DNA of 40,323 bases from a virus (IMGVR_UViG_650377933_000001:1-40323); one strand, 5' to 3'. Positions 8,000 to 16,304 are shown, numbered from the stretch's first letter. Numbers and translations: made by a program. Notes: generated by a model from the letters alone, not told the origin.

Positions 8000-8539
8000 A
8001 TGAGTAACTGGTGGCAGGAACTATTACGTTTCTTCCTGCGTGGTCTTACGCTACAACAGTTAATTCATATGCTTATTATTTTAATTGCCTTGATAATAAT
8101 CACCCCTGCATCAATTAAAGAGTGGGTAGATATAAGGAACCCAGAAATACTTCCAGATCACTGGATGTATTACGCAATGCTTTTGTGTATCAGTTATGTT
8201 CTGAACAGGGTGATGGAGTTTATATTTCTGGCATCTTCAGACAAATATAAAAAATATCTCAGTAAGAGAGATGAGGCTAAAGTAATTGTGGAGACTGAGC
8301 GCCTGTTCAATTCTCTGAGTATTCAGGAAAAAGAGGTTTTAGCATTTGCTGTTATGGCAAATAACAAAATCGTACTTAAGCACGGCGATCCGGTCGCTTT
8401 ATCTCTTATGAGAAAAGGCCTTCTCCATCGCTCAGGTGTGACTTACAGCGCGTCAGGTAAAGAGAAATTTGTTATACCTGACGTCTGGTTCCATGAGTGT
8501 TATATGCGCTTTGCTGGTAAAGCTGATGAGCTAATTTAG
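8000..8539 (+). CDS. sieB: SieB-like superinfection exclusion protein (179 aa)
   Basis: Plus-strand gene antisense to the pL operon immediately left of N, the position of sieB in lambda/P22; hydrophobic N-terminal segment; GGAG 9 nt upstream. Family call is from position and general resemblance, not alignment. Confidence 0.5.
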   Translation: MSNWWQELLRFFLRGLTLQQLIHMLIILIALIIITPASIKEWVDIRNPEILPDHWMYYAMLLCISYVLNRVMEFIFLASSDKYKKYLSKRDEAKVIVETERLFNSLSIQEKEVLAFAVMANNKIVLKHGDPVALSLMRKGLLHRSGVTYSASGKEKFVIPDVWFHECYMRFAGKADELI

Positions 8540-8581
8540 TTCCTCGACGGCGGGGGATCGTCACCTCGCTGTCAGTTGTTT

Positions 8582-8833
8582 TTATTTCCGGTAGCCTGCC
8601 GCGTAAATGGCTACATTTGGCAGGCAAACACTTCCACTGCATTCATCTGCCTTCTTGCAGCGAAGGGTTCCTAGTGATGCTGCTTTATCTGCTCTGACGC
8701 AACCAGAGAGCTTTAGCGCAATCTTTCGCGCCAGTCGCTGTTCTTGCATTGCCTGTTCACGTTGAGCCTGTCTGCGTGCTCTGCGGCGATTTCTGGCGTT
8801 ATCGTCAGCCAGATATGTAATGACTACTGTCAT
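8582..8833 (-). CDS. N: N-type transcription antiterminator (P22 gene 24-like)
   Basis: 83 aa with N-terminal arginine-rich motif NARNRRRARRQAQREQ and C-terminal ...LPNVAIYAAGYRK resembling recalled P22 gp24; GGAGG RBS; first gene downstream of pL/nutL. Confidence 0.7.
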   Translation of the reverse strand: MTVVITYLADDNARNRRRARRQAQREQAMQEQRLARKIALKLSGCVRADKAASLGTLRCKKADECSGSVCLPNVAIYAAGYRK

Positions 8834-9232
8834 GTTGACCTCCGATGAAACAACTTTGGAATTTTTTTATTACAAAGTGGTTTCCTTCCCCGCCAATTAG
8901 ACGGGGATGGAAGAGCATTTATGAGCCTTTATGGACTCTGCTCGATCAGTTCTATTTAATTAATCTCTCAACTGAATGTAAGTATTCACATAAATCCTCC
9001 TACCTCTTGTGCAGCTTTCTTGAATATGGTGGCGGCTGCATAACGCCTATGGAATTGACTTTGGCGATTGGATGGCCGGTGCTGAACTCCGGCTTACTGG
9101 TTAGAGCGCCCGCACTACCAGTGACGCTGTCTTGAGGCGCAGATTGGTTACTGCTTGCCATGAGCGCTGTTTATACATTGGTCGAGCATCAGCCTGCTCA
9201 TTCATCCAATCCCAAAGCCAACTACTCTTTGG

Positions 9233-9276
9233 TTCCCGCATTTCGGCGGGACAATCCCATCAATGTTAAAGAGCCT
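9233..9276 (-). promoter_or_regulatory. nutL (boxA GCTCTTTAACA plus boxB hairpin CCCGCCGAAATGCGGG)
   Basis: Minus strand reads GGCTCTTTAACATTGATGGGATTGTCCCGCCGAAATGCGGGAA; the same boxA and boxB occur at nutR on the plus strand. Confidence 0.55.
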
Positions 9277-9312
9277 GACAATCTGTTCCGTTTGGCTTCC
9301 AGCGTCCTGCTG

Positions 9313-9400
9313 ATGGCTTAAATTTAAGATCTCTTTAATTAATGGTCAAGAGTATTTTTGAAGAAAACTTAAATTTTCTTTCGTAACTTAAGTTTGGCTT
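9313..9400 (-). promoter_or_regulatory. pL promoter with P22-type oL operators
   Basis: Minus strand -35 TTGACC (plus 9344-9349), 17-nt spacer, -10 TAAATT (plus 9321-9326); operator ATTTAAGATCTCTTTAAT at 9322-9339 between -35 and -10; further AAG/CTT half-site-like repeats up to ~9400. Confidence 0.5.
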
Positions 9401-9417
9401 TGATTTTTAAAGGAAAT

Positions 9418-9445
9418 AAAAAAAAGGGGCGAATGCCCCCTTATG
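9418..9445 (-). terminator. Rho-independent terminator after the repressor gene
   Basis: Minus strand GGGGGCATTCGCCCC followed by TTTTTTTT immediately after the c2 stop. Confidence 0.5.
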
Positions 9446-10091
9446 GAAGGTTTGCTAGTTTTGCATCGACAACTACGCCGATGATTTTGCAGTTTCCGTT
9501 GATCTCGATCATCGGATATTGTGGGTTAAGTGGTTTTAGAAACTTCCTGCCTGCATCAATAACTAACTTCTTGAAAGTTGCCTCGTTTTCTCCTTCGAGC
9601 TTTGCAACTACCAGTTTCCCGTTACGCGGCTCTACTTCAGGATCGACGAGTATTATCATTCCTTCAGGGATACTGAGACCGGCCGGAGCCGTCATTGAGT
9701 CTCCCTTCACGTCCAACCAAAACGAATCTTCTGAACAGTCTACGGTTGTATCGTACCAGTTATCTATTGCACGCTTATGATATGGTTCTACAGCTTCCAT
9801 CCAGCATCCTGCGCTCACCCAGCTAATCAGAGGGTATGACCCTCTTGGATCATGCCTACTGTGATAGGCAATGTTTGAAAGACTTTCCTCTCCTTTCATC
9901 AGATAGTCAGGGGAACACTTCAACGCATTAGCCAGGGCGAGAAGATTCTCTCCATTTGGCTCTGTCTCAGAGCGTTCCCACTGAGATATGGCAACATTAG
10001 ACACGCCGACCATCTTTCCAAGTGCGGCCTGCCTGATCTTGAGTTCTTTTCTCCGAGCGCGAATGCGCTCTCCCATCAATTGAGTTTTCAT
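9441..10091 (-). CDS. c2: Prophage repressor, P22 C2 type (HTH plus S24 LexA-like autopeptidase domain)
   Basis: 216-aa translation MKTQLMGERIRARRKELKIRQAALGKMVGVSNVAISQWERSETEPNGENLL... near-identical to recalled P22 C2; start codon abuts OR3, implying a leaderless pRM transcript. Confidence 0.95.
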   Translation of the reverse strand: MKTQLMGERIRARRKELKIRQAALGKMVGVSNVAISQWERSETEPNGENLLALANALKCSPDYLMKGEESLSNIAYHSRHDPRGSYPLISWVSAGCWMEAVEPYHKRAIDNWYDTTVDCSEDSFWLDVKGDSMTAPAGLSIPEGMIILVDPEVEPRNGKLVVAKLEGENEATFKKLVIDAGRKFLKPLNPQYPMIEINGNCKIIGVVVDAKLANLP

Positions 10092-10160
10092 AGTTAAGAC
10101 ATCTTAAATAAACTTGACTTAAGATTCCTTTAGTGGATAATTTAAGTGTTCTTTAATTTC
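10092..10160. promoter_or_regulatory. oR operators with divergent pR and pRM
   Basis: OR1 ATTTAAGTGTTCTTTAAT (10140-10157) matches recalled P22 OR1; OR3-like AGTTAAGACATCTTAAAT (10092-10109); pR -35 TTGACT (10114-10119), 17-nt spacer, -10 ATAATT (10137-10142). Confidence 0.7.
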
Positions 10161-10171
10161 GGAGCGAGTCT

Positions 10172-10357
10172 ATGTACAAGAAAGATGTTATCGACCACTT
10201 CGGAACCCAGCGTGCTGTAGCTAAAGCGTTAGGCATTAGCGACGCAGCAGTCTCTCAGTGGAAGGAAGTCATCCCAGAGAAAGACGCCTATCGACTGGAA
10301 GTCGTTACAGCTGGCGCCCTGAAGTATCAAGAAAGCGCTTACCGCAAAGCGGCATAA
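10172..10357 (+). CDS. cro: Cro repressor (P22 type)
   Basis: 61-aa translation MYKKDVIDHFGTQRAVAKALGISDAAVSQWKEVIPEKDAYRLEVVTAGALKYQ... matches recalled P22 Cro; GGAG RBS. Confidence 0.9.
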   Translation: MYKKDVIDHFGTQRAVAKALGISDAAVSQWKEVIPEKDAYRLEVVTAGALKYQESAYRKAA

Positions 10358-10362
10358 GCAAA

Positions 10363-10406
10363 TTGCTCTTTAACAGTCATGGTCCTCATTCCCGCCGAAA
10401 TGCGGG
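10363..10406 (+). promoter_or_regulatory. nutR (boxA GCTCTTTAACA plus boxB hairpin), followed by a candidate tR1
   Basis: TGCTCTTTAACAGTCATGGTCCTCATTCCCGCCGAAATGCGGGAA; downstream GCGCAT-AAGTTG-ATGCGC hairpin then U-rich tract (10415-10450) as possible tR1. Confidence 0.55.
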
Positions 10407-10465
10407 AATACAACGCGCATAAGTTGATGCGCATAACTTCTTATTTGTTAAGGAAATACTTACAT

Positions 10466-10759
10466 ATGGTTCGTGCAAACAAACGCAACGAGGCTCTAAG
10501 AATCGAGAGTGCGTTGCTTAACAAAATCGCAATGCTTGGAACTGAGAAGACAGCGGAAGCTGTGGGAGTTGATAAGTCGCAGATCAGCAGGTGGAAGAGG
10601 GACTGGATTCCAAAGTTCTCAATGCTGCTTGCTGTTCTTGAATGGGGCGTCGTTGACGACGATATGGCTAGATTGGCACGACAAGTTGCTTCGATTCTCA
10701 CCAATAAAAAACGCCCGGCGGCAACCGAGCGTTCTGATCAAATACAAATGGAATTTTAA
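10466..10759 (+). CDS. cII: CII transcriptional activator
   Basis: 97-aa translation MVRANKRNEALRIESALLNKIAMLGTEKTAEAVGVDKSQISRWKRDWIPKF... matches recalled lambda CII; the track ORF has an unsupported 5' extension. Confidence 0.9.
   Translation: MVRANKRNEALRIESALLNKIAMLGTEKTAEAVGVDKSQISRWKRDWIPKFSMLLAVLEWGVVDDDMARLARQVASILTNKKRPAATERSDQIQMEF
10475..10488 (-). promoter_or_regulatory. CII-binding site of pRE (TTGC-N6-TTGC)
   Basis: Minus strand TTGCGTTTGTTTGC inside the first codons of cII, as in lambda pRE. Confidence 0.5.
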
Positions 10760-10783
10760 CAACATCCAACGAGGTAATTATAT
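10705..10783 (-). ncRNA. oop: OOP-like antisense RNA with pO promoter and intrinsic terminator
   Basis: Minus strand ...GATCAGAACGCTCGGTTGCCGCCGGGCGTTTTTTATT matches the 3' half of lambda oop RNA as I recall it; candidate -10 TATAAT (plus 10778-10783). The 5' end is approximate. Confidence 0.4.
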
Positions 10784-11054
10784 GCGAAACAAAGGCTTTA
10801 ATCCACCTGATACACACAAAGAAGCTAAGCGTTTGCGCTTCCTTCGTTCCATTGATGAAAGAACTCAAATCTCTTTTGTGAAAGTTGCCAGAACTGAGCT
10901 TCTGAAGGCTGAGGCGAGGGCGTTGCTCCCGTCTCTACCAAAAGAGGAGGGATATACGTTCATTCCAAACGCATTTCTGGAAAAGCTTCTCAAAGAAGAC
11001 ATATCCGTAAGTCAGTTTAACGATGTTCTTAAGGTCTTTCGTCAAGGCAGGTAG
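10782..11054 (+). CDS. Hypothetical protein (90 aa) between cII and the O-like gene
   Basis: Start chosen at MRNKGFNPPDTHKEAKRLRF...; the track ORF upstream of this point overlaps cII in another frame. Confidence 0.45.
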   Translation: MRNKGFNPPDTHKEAKRLRFLRSIDERTQISFVKVARTELLKAEARALLPSLPKEEGYTFIPNAFLEKLLKEDISVSQFNDVLKVFRQGR

Positions 11055-11056
11055 TT

Positions 11057-12004
11057 ATGAGCAATACAGCAAAAATCTACGATTTCAGCGCCGCACACGA
11101 GCGCAGGAGCAACAGGATGGAGAACCAGAAAACTGGTTACATTCCGTTGTACCGGAGCATTCTGAAACAGTCATGGGCGAAAGATGTTTATCTTCGCACC
11201 CTGTGGGAAAACCTTCTCCTGAATGCCGCCAGAAAGCCATACAAAGCGAATTTCAAAGGTCATGAATGGCATCTGCAACCCGGTCAACTGGTTGTGACAG
11301 CAGCTGATTTAGGTCTTCAGTTATGCGACAGACATGGCAAGCCAGCAAGCCGTGATCAGGTTGAGCGGATGCTTCAGGTTTTTGTGAAAGAGGGGATGAT
11401 CTCCATTGATGGAGAGAAGCAAAAAGGTCGTGTGATAACCATCACAAATTACCATGAATATGCTCAAAAAATGGACGATTTACCCGCACATGAAGCCGCA
11501 CAAACAACCGCACATGATGCCGCACATGATGAATCCAGCAATGGCGCGGCTTTCAGCGTACATGCCGCACATGAAAGCGCACATGAAGCCGCACAAACAA
11601 CCGCACATCATGAACAAGAAGGTATTAACAAGAATATAAATAATACCCCCCTACCCCCCAATGGGGGAGGCGATGGGCAGGTTAAACCTGAACGTCGCAA
11701 GGCAGAACGAATCGACTACGAATCCTTCCTGAACGCCTACAACACCGAAGTCGGTGACAGACTGCCACACGCTGTTGCGGTCAACGAGAAACGCAAACGC
11801 CGCCTGAAGAAAATCATCCCGCAACTGAAAACGCCAAACGTGGACGGTTTCAGAGCGTATGTCAGGGCGTTTGTGCATCAGGCCAAGCCGTTTTACTTCG
11901 GAGACAACGACACGGGCTGGACGGCCGATTTTGATTACCTGCTGAGGGAAGACTCGTTAACGGGGGTACGGGAAGGTAAGTTTGCAGACAGGGGGATTGC
12001 ATGA
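11057..12004 (+). CDS. Replication initiator, lambda O-like
   Basis: 315 aa; internal iteron array and AT-rich tract (origin inside the gene, as in lambda O); directly followed by a DnaB-type helicase. Confidence 0.75.
   Translation: MSNTAKIYDFSAAHERRSNRMENQKTGYIPLYRSILKQSWAKDVYLRTLWENLLLNAARKPYKANFKGHEWHLQPGQLVVTAADLGLQLCDRHGKPASRDQVERMLQVFVKEGMISIDGEKQKGRVITITNYHEYAQKMDDLPAHEAAQTTAHDAAHDESSNGAAFSVHAAHESAHEAAQTTAHHEQEGINKNINNTPLPPNGGGDGQVKPERRKAERIDYESFLNAYNTEVGDRLPHAVAVNEKRKRRLKKIIPQLKTPNVDGFRAYVRAFVHQAKPFYFGDNDTGWTADFDYLLREDSLTGVREGKFADRGIA
11483..11660. repeat. Candidate replication origin: iteron direct repeats, AT-rich tract and G/C palindrome
   Basis: Units of CCGCACATGA(A/T)G/CCGCACAAACAA in two blocks; 31-nt near-perfect direct repeat CATGAAGCCGCACAAACAACCGCACAT(G/C)ATG at 11490-11520 and 11582-11612; then AACAAGAAGGTATTAACAAGAATATAAATAATAC and CCCCCCTACCCCCCAATGGGGGAGG. 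Confidence 0.55.
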
Positions 12005-13377
12005 AACAGGATATCGAAGCGAGCGTTATCGGTGGCCTGCTGATTGGTGGATTAACACCAACCGCCAGCGACGTTCTGGCAACGCTGGAGCCGGAAGCGT
12101 TTTCAATTCCGCTCTACCGGAAAGCCTTCGAGGTTATCCGCAAGCAGGCGAGAAACAGAAACCTAATCGACGCGCTGATGGTTGCCGAGGCGTGCGGAGA
12201 GGAGCATTTCACGTCAATCCTGATGACCAGCAAAAACTGCCCGAGTGCCGCAAACCTGAAGGGATATGCCGGAATGGTCGCGGATAACTATCACCGCCGT
12301 CTGGTGCTGGAAATCATGGACGAAATGCGTGAACCAATTCAGAGCGGAACCATCGACGCATCGAGCCAGGCGATGGATGAGCTTGTAAAGCGTCTTTCAG
12401 CCATCAGAAAGCCCCGTGACGAGGTTAAACCTGTACGGTTAGGGGAAATCATTACTGACTACACTGACACGCTTGACAGGCGTCTGAGGAACGGAGAAGA
12501 GTCCGATACCCTGAAGACCGGAATCGAAGAACTTGACGCTATCACCGGGGGGATGAACGCGGAAGACCTGGTGATTATCGCCGCTCGTCCTGGTATGGGG
12601 AAAACCGAGCTGGCGCTGAAGATTGCCGAAGGCGTTGCAAGCCGCGTTATCCCTGGTTCTGACGTTCGGCGCGGAGTGTTGATTTTCTCGATGGAAATGA
12701 GCGCATTGCAGATTGCAGAGCGAAGCATCGCCAACGCCGGGAGGATGTCGGTTAGCGTGCTGCGAAATCCTGCATCGATGGATGACGAAGGCTGGGCGCG
12801 TGTTGCTAACGGCATGAGTCAGCTTGCAGATTTGGATGTATGGGTAGTCGATGCCTCGCGGTTATCGGTCGAAGAAATACGCTCAATCGCAGAACGGCAC
12901 AAACAGGAAAATCCAAACCTCTCACTCATCATGGCGGATTATCTTGGCCTGATTGAGAAGCCGAAAGCAGACCGCAACGACCTCGCAATTGCTCACATCT
13001 CCGGAAGCCTGAAGGCGATGGCGAAAGACCTGAAAACGCCTGTTATCTCCCTGAGTCAGCTTTCGCGCGATGTTGAGAAGCGACCAAACAAACGCCCGAC
13101 AAACGCAGATTTGCGTGATTCAGGAAGCATTGAACAGGACGCAGACTCAATCATCATGCTCTATCGGGAAGCGGTATATGACGAGAACAGTAGCGCCGCA
13201 CCATTTGCTGAAATCATTGTGACAAAAAACCGTTTTGGCTCGCTTGGTACGGTTTACCAGCGGTTCTGCAACGGACACTTTGTTGCATGTGACCAGGATG
13301 AAGCCAGACAGATTTGCACAGCATCAAATTCACCTGCTGCACGTGGCAGACGATATGCACAAGGGGCTGACGTATGA
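12001..13377 (+). CDS. Replicative DNA helicase, DnaB family
   Basis: 458 aa with Walker [10 protein letters not shown], DnaB-like motifs and C-terminal ...NRFGSLG. Confidence 0.9.
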   Translation: MKQDIEASVIGGLLIGGLTPTASDVLATLEPEAFSIPLYRKAFEVIRKQARNRNLIDALMVAEACGEEHFTSILMTSKNCPSAANLKGYAGMVADNYHRRLVLEIMDEMREPIQSGTIDASSQAMDELVKRLSAIRKPRDEVKPVRLGEIITDYTDTLDRRLRNGEESDTLKTGIEELDAITGGMNAEDLVIIAARPGMGKTELALKIAEGVASRVIPGSDVRRGVLIFSMEMSALQIAERSIANAGRMSVSVLRNPASMDDEGWARVANGMSQLADLDVWVVDASRLSVEEIRSIAERHKQENPNLSLIMADYLGLIEKPKADRNDLAIAHISGSLKAMAKDLKTPVISLSQLSRDVEKRPNKRPTNADLRDSGSIEQDADSIIMLYREAVYDENSSAAPFAEIIVTKNRFGSLGTVYQRFCNGHFVACDQDEARQICTASNSPAARGRRYAQGADV

Positions 13378-13402
13378 CCATCTACATCACTGAGCTAATA
13401 AC

Positions 13403-13431
13403 AGGCCTGCTGGTAATCGCAGGCCTTTTTA
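13403..13431 (+). terminator. Rho-independent terminator after the helicase gene
   Basis: AGGCCTGC-TGGTAATC-GCAGGCCT (perfect 8-bp stem) followed by TTTTT. Confidence 0.5.
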
Positions 13432-13449
13432 TTTGGGGGAGAGTAAATC

Positions 13450-13656
13450 GTGGTTGAGTTGATTTTCTCTGCATTGAGGCTTCTCGGTGCTCTGTGGATG
13501 GTGGCGACGTTCATTGTGGTTGCTGGCTGTTTTGTCCGGTTGGTAGGCGAAGGTAAAGACCTGGTGGGTGTGCTTTTCGGTAGCATTTTCCTGTGGGTGA
13601 TTATCGGTGTTATGCCTGTCGCTGTAGCAAAAATGGCGTGGCGTTTTGTGAGTTGA
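13450..13656 (+). CDS. Hypothetical small membrane protein (68 aa, GTG start)
   Basis: GGGGGAGAG RBS 8 nt upstream of GTG; two hydrophobic segments. Confidence 0.4.
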   Translation: MVELIFSALRLLGALWMVATFIVVAGCFVRLVGEGKDLVGVLFGSIFLWVIIGVMPVAVAKMAWRFVS

Positions 13657-13673
13657 ACTGAGGGTAAGTATCG

Positions 13674-13982
13674 ATGGACGAATCAAGAAAGAAGTTTGAG
13701 GAATACGTTGCCAAAAAATTGAAATTACCATTCGAGATGATAACCGAGGCAAGAAATGGTGATAGGTACTTCGCATTTTCAAGCATGGATATTCGTCACT
13801 CCTTAAATGAGTGGTGGACTTTATGGCAGGCATCGCGAGCAGCTATCGAGATTGAGCTGCAAAAGCCAAAGAAAGGCCCACTTCCCGGTGATTATCACAT
13901 TGGCTATGACTCAGGTGCAGAATCGCAATACGAAAGCGATGTAGAGGCTATCCGCGCCGCTGGAATCAAAGTGAAGGAGTGA
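13674..13982 (+). CDS. Hypothetical protein (102 aa)
   Basis: ORF with GAGGG upstream; no family recognised. Confidence 0.45.
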   Translation: MDESRKKFEEYVAKKLKLPFEMITEARNGDRYFAFSSMDIRHSLNEWWTLWQASRAAIEIELQKPKKGPLPGDYHIGYDSGAESQYESDVEAIRAAGIKVKE

Positions 13983-13984
13983 GC

Positions 13985-14170
13985 ATGAGTCGACGAAGTA
14001 GCTTTTTGGGGTTTGTAATATTCCTGTCCTGCACTGGTTACATCGTAATCTGGTCAATTTCGAACATTGACCGTGGCGGGGAATATCTCATTGTAATGTT
14101 CTTTCCTTTGTTTCTTGGGTGGTACGCCGCAAGGTTGCTGGAAGAATGGGGTTACAGGCATAAAAAATAA
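13985..14170 (+). CDS. Hypothetical small membrane protein (61 aa)
   Basis: AAGGAG RBS 6 nt upstream of ATG at 13985; two hydrophobic segments. Confidence 0.4.
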   Translation: MSRRSSFLGFVIFLSCTGYIVIWSISNIDRGGEYLIVMFFPLFLGWYAARLLEEWGYRHKK

Positions 14171-14181
14171 AGGAGTGTTCA

Positions 14182-14592
14182 GTGAAGCAAACAATATTCC
14201 TCCGAACTAAGCAACAACAGCAAGCCGCAATCAACGCCATCCTCGCAACACCACTCGATAAAGACAAGCCAGTCACCATCCGCATTATTGACTACAAGCG
14301 CAACCTTGACCAGAACGCAAAATTTCACGCGATGCTGGCGGATATCGCACGTCAGGTTCAATGGTGCGGCAAATGGTTAAAACCGGAACAATGGAAGGTT
14401 TTGTTGATCAGCGGTCATGCAGTGGCTACAAAGCAGGAAGCTGATGTTTTGCCCGGCCTTGAAGGCGAATACGTCAACATTCGCGAAAGCAGCGCGCAGA
14501 TGAGCGTGAAGCGCATGGCAAGTCTGATCGAGTACACAACAGCCTGGGCTATTGGTCAGGGTGTCAGATTTACCGACAGGAGGTACGAATGA
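14182..14592 (+). CDS. ninB: NinB recombination protein
   Basis: 136 aa with ...[30 protein letters not shown]... resembling lambda NinB; AAGGAG RBS with GTG start. Confidence 0.8.
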   Translation: MKQTIFLRTKQQQQAAINAILATPLDKDKPVTIRIIDYKRNLDQNAKFHAMLADIARQVQWCGKWLKPEQWKVLLISGHAVATKQEADVLPGLEGEYVNIRESSAQMSVKRMASLIEYTTAWAIGQGVRFTDRRYE

Positions 14593-14765
14593 GACGACAG
14601 CGACGAAGTTTCACCGACATCATCTGCGAAAACTGCAAATACCTTCCAACGAAACGCTCCAGAAATAAACGCAAGCCAATCCCAAAAGAATCTGACGTAA
14701 AAACCTTCAACTACACGGCTCACCTGTGGGATATCCGGTGGCTAAGACATCGTGCGAGGAAATGA
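14589..14765 (+). CDS. ninE: NinE-like small protein (58 aa)
   Basis: Manual translation [52 protein letters not shown]...; ATG overlaps the ninB stop (ATGA). The ninE versus ninD name is from memory and could be swapped. Confidence 0.5.
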   Translation: MRRQRRSFTDIICENCKYLPTKRSRNKRKPIPKESDVKTFNYTAHLWDIRWLRHRARK

Positions 14766-14767
14766 CA

Positions 14768-15127
14768 ATGGATTATTCACAGTTAAGTGATTTTGAAATT
14801 AACAAGCGAGTGGCAATTTGCTGTGGATTTGCTCCCGAAGATTGCGAAATCGCAAAGTTGGGAACATCAATCGTTGGTGTTGAGTGGGATGACGAAACTG
14901 GTTATGCAATAAAAACGGTTGATTACTGTAAAAGCCCGTCAGACGCAGAGCCGATTATCGTAGAGAACAGAATTGGCATTATTCCAGCGCCAGAAAATGG
15001 ATTATGGAAGGCAGCGCATAGAAAAGTTGGCAGTGATAGTACCCCATATCATATGACTCAAGATGAAAACCCACTCCGCGCTGCCATGATTGTCTTTCTC
15101 ATGATGCAGGACGCCAATAATGCTTAG
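14768..15127 (+). CDS. Hypothetical nin-region protein (NinX-like, ~119 aa)
   Basis: Start chosen at MDYSQLSDFEINKRV with AGGA 7 nt upstream; an alternative ATG lies at 14762. Confidence 0.45.
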   Translation: MDYSQLSDFEINKRVAICCGFAPEDCEIAKLGTSIVGVEWDDETGYAIKTVDYCKSPSDAEPIIVENRIGIIPAPENGLWKAAHRKVGSDSTPYHMTQDENPLRAAMIVFLMMQDANNA

Positions 15128-15296
15128 CCCATCCCAATCCCTTCAATACCAGAAAGAAAGCGTCGAGCGGGCTTTAACGTGCGCTAATTGCGGTCAGAAG
15201 CTGCATGTGCTGGAAGTTCACGTGTGTGAGCACTGCTGCGCAGAACTGATGAGCGATCCGAATAGCTCAATGTACGAGGAAGAAGACGATGAATGA
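15120..15296 (+). CDS. ninF: NinF-like small zinc-ribbon protein (58 aa)
   Basis: Manual translation MLSPSQSLQYQKESVERALTCANCGQKLHVLEVHVCEHCCAELM... with CxxC...CxxCC motif; matches recalled lambda NinF. Confidence 0.5.
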   Translation: MLSPSQSLQYQKESVERALTCANCGQKLHVLEVHVCEHCCAELMSDPNSSMYEEEDDE

Positions 15297-16014
15297 GTTA
15301 ATAAATGGCAATGCCATCAAAATGACAAGCATTGAAATCGCTGAGTTGGTAGAAAGCCGCCATAGCAATGTAAAAGTATCCATAGATAGATTGGTGAAAC
15401 GTGGCGTTATCAAGCCTCCTGCATTGCAGCACACTAACATAATCAATGATTTAGGTGTTATTACCGGGAAGCGTGATTTCTACGTCTTCGAGGGCGAACA
15501 AGGTAAGCGCGACAGCATTATTGTCGTCGCTCAGTTGTCGCCGGAATTCACCGCTCGTCTTGTTGACCGTTGGCGAGAGCTTGAAGACGCTGCGGTTAAT
15601 ATCCCCAAAACGCTACCAGAAGCGTTGCGCCTTGCTGCTGATCTTGCTGAGCAGAAAATGCAACTGGAAAACCAGCTCGCAATTGCCGCACCTAAAGTTG
15701 AGTTTGCCGATCGCGTTGGCGAGGCCAGCGGAATTTTGATTGGAAACTTTGCAAAGGTTGTTGGAATTGGTCCAAACAAACTGTTTGCGTGGATGCGCGA
15801 TCACAAAATCCTTATTGCTTCAGGTTCCCGTCGCAATGTGCCAATGCAGGAATATATGGATCGCGGCTATTTCACAGTGAAAGAAACAGCGGTCAACACA
15901 AATCACGGAATACAGATATCGTTCACCACAAAAATCACCGGGCGTGGTCAACAGTGGCTGACCAGAAAGCTGCTCGATAACGGAATGCTGAAAGTAACAG
16001 GGGAGGCTGCTTAA
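15289..16014 (+). CDS. Rha/antirepressor-like regulatory protein (241 aa)
   Basis: N-terminal region resembles Rha-type phage regulators and the C-terminal half resembles antirepressor (ANT/KilAC-like) domains, as I recall these families; start overlaps the ninF stop. Confidence 0.6.
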   Translation: MNELINGNAIKMTSIEIAELVESRHSNVKVSIDRLVKRGVIKPPALQHTNIINDLGVITGKRDFYVFEGEQGKRDSIIVVAQLSPEFTARLVDRWRELEDAAVNIPKTLPEALRLAADLAEQKMQLENQLAIAAPKVEFADRVGEASGILIGNFAKVVGIGPNKLFAWMRDHKILIASGSRRNVPMQEYMDRGYFTVKETAVNTNHGIQISFTTKITGRGQQWLTRKLLDNGMLKVTGEAA

Positions 16015-16304
16015 TGGCTAACCTACGCAAAGAAGCACGCGGCAGAGAATGCCAGGTACGTATTTACGGCGTATGCAATGGTAATCCTGAAACTACAGTT
16101 CTGGCACATTGCCGGATGGCTGGAATTTGCGGAACGGGAATGAAGCCTGACGACCTGATCGGCGCATGGGCTTGTAGCGCGTGTCACGATGAAATCGACC
16201 GACGCACCCATAATCTCGACAACAAAGACGCCAGACTTTACCACCTCGAAGGCGTGATCAGGACGCAGGCGATACTGCTGAAGGAGGGGAAGATTAAGCC
16301 ATGA
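16014..16304 (+). CDS. DUF1364-family nin-region protein (YbcO-like, 96 aa)
   Basis: MANLRKEARGRECQVRIYGVCNGNPETTVLAH...CSACHDEIDRR with Cys/His cluster, resembling E. coli YbcO as I recall it. Confidence 0.6.
   Translation: MANLRKEARGRECQVRIYGVCNGNPETTVLAHCRMAGICGTGMKPDDLIGAWACSACHDEIDRRTHNLDNKDARLYHLEGVIRTQAILLKEGKIKP

Noticed and set aside
8845-9135. 96-aa plus-strand ORF in the N leader
   Set aside because: It is antisense to the pL transcript, has no convincing RBS and an implausible composition; the region is better explained as the nutL-containing leader.
10379-11054. Long track ORFs 10379-10759 and 10509-11054
   Set aside because: The 5' part of the first is the nutR/tR1 leader and the true cII start is at 10466. 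The second runs through cII in another frame; only its 3' portion from the ATG at 10782 is credited.
12459-12815. 118-aa minus-strand ORF
   Set aside because: Entirely antisense within the well-supported DnaB-helicase gene.
13374-13457. 27-aa hydrophobic mini-ORF ([27 protein letters not shown]) overlapping the helicase stop
   Set aside because: Its hydrophobic core is encoded by the two arms of the intrinsic terminator hairpin, so the open frame is most simply a by-product of the terminator. It cannot be fully excluded.
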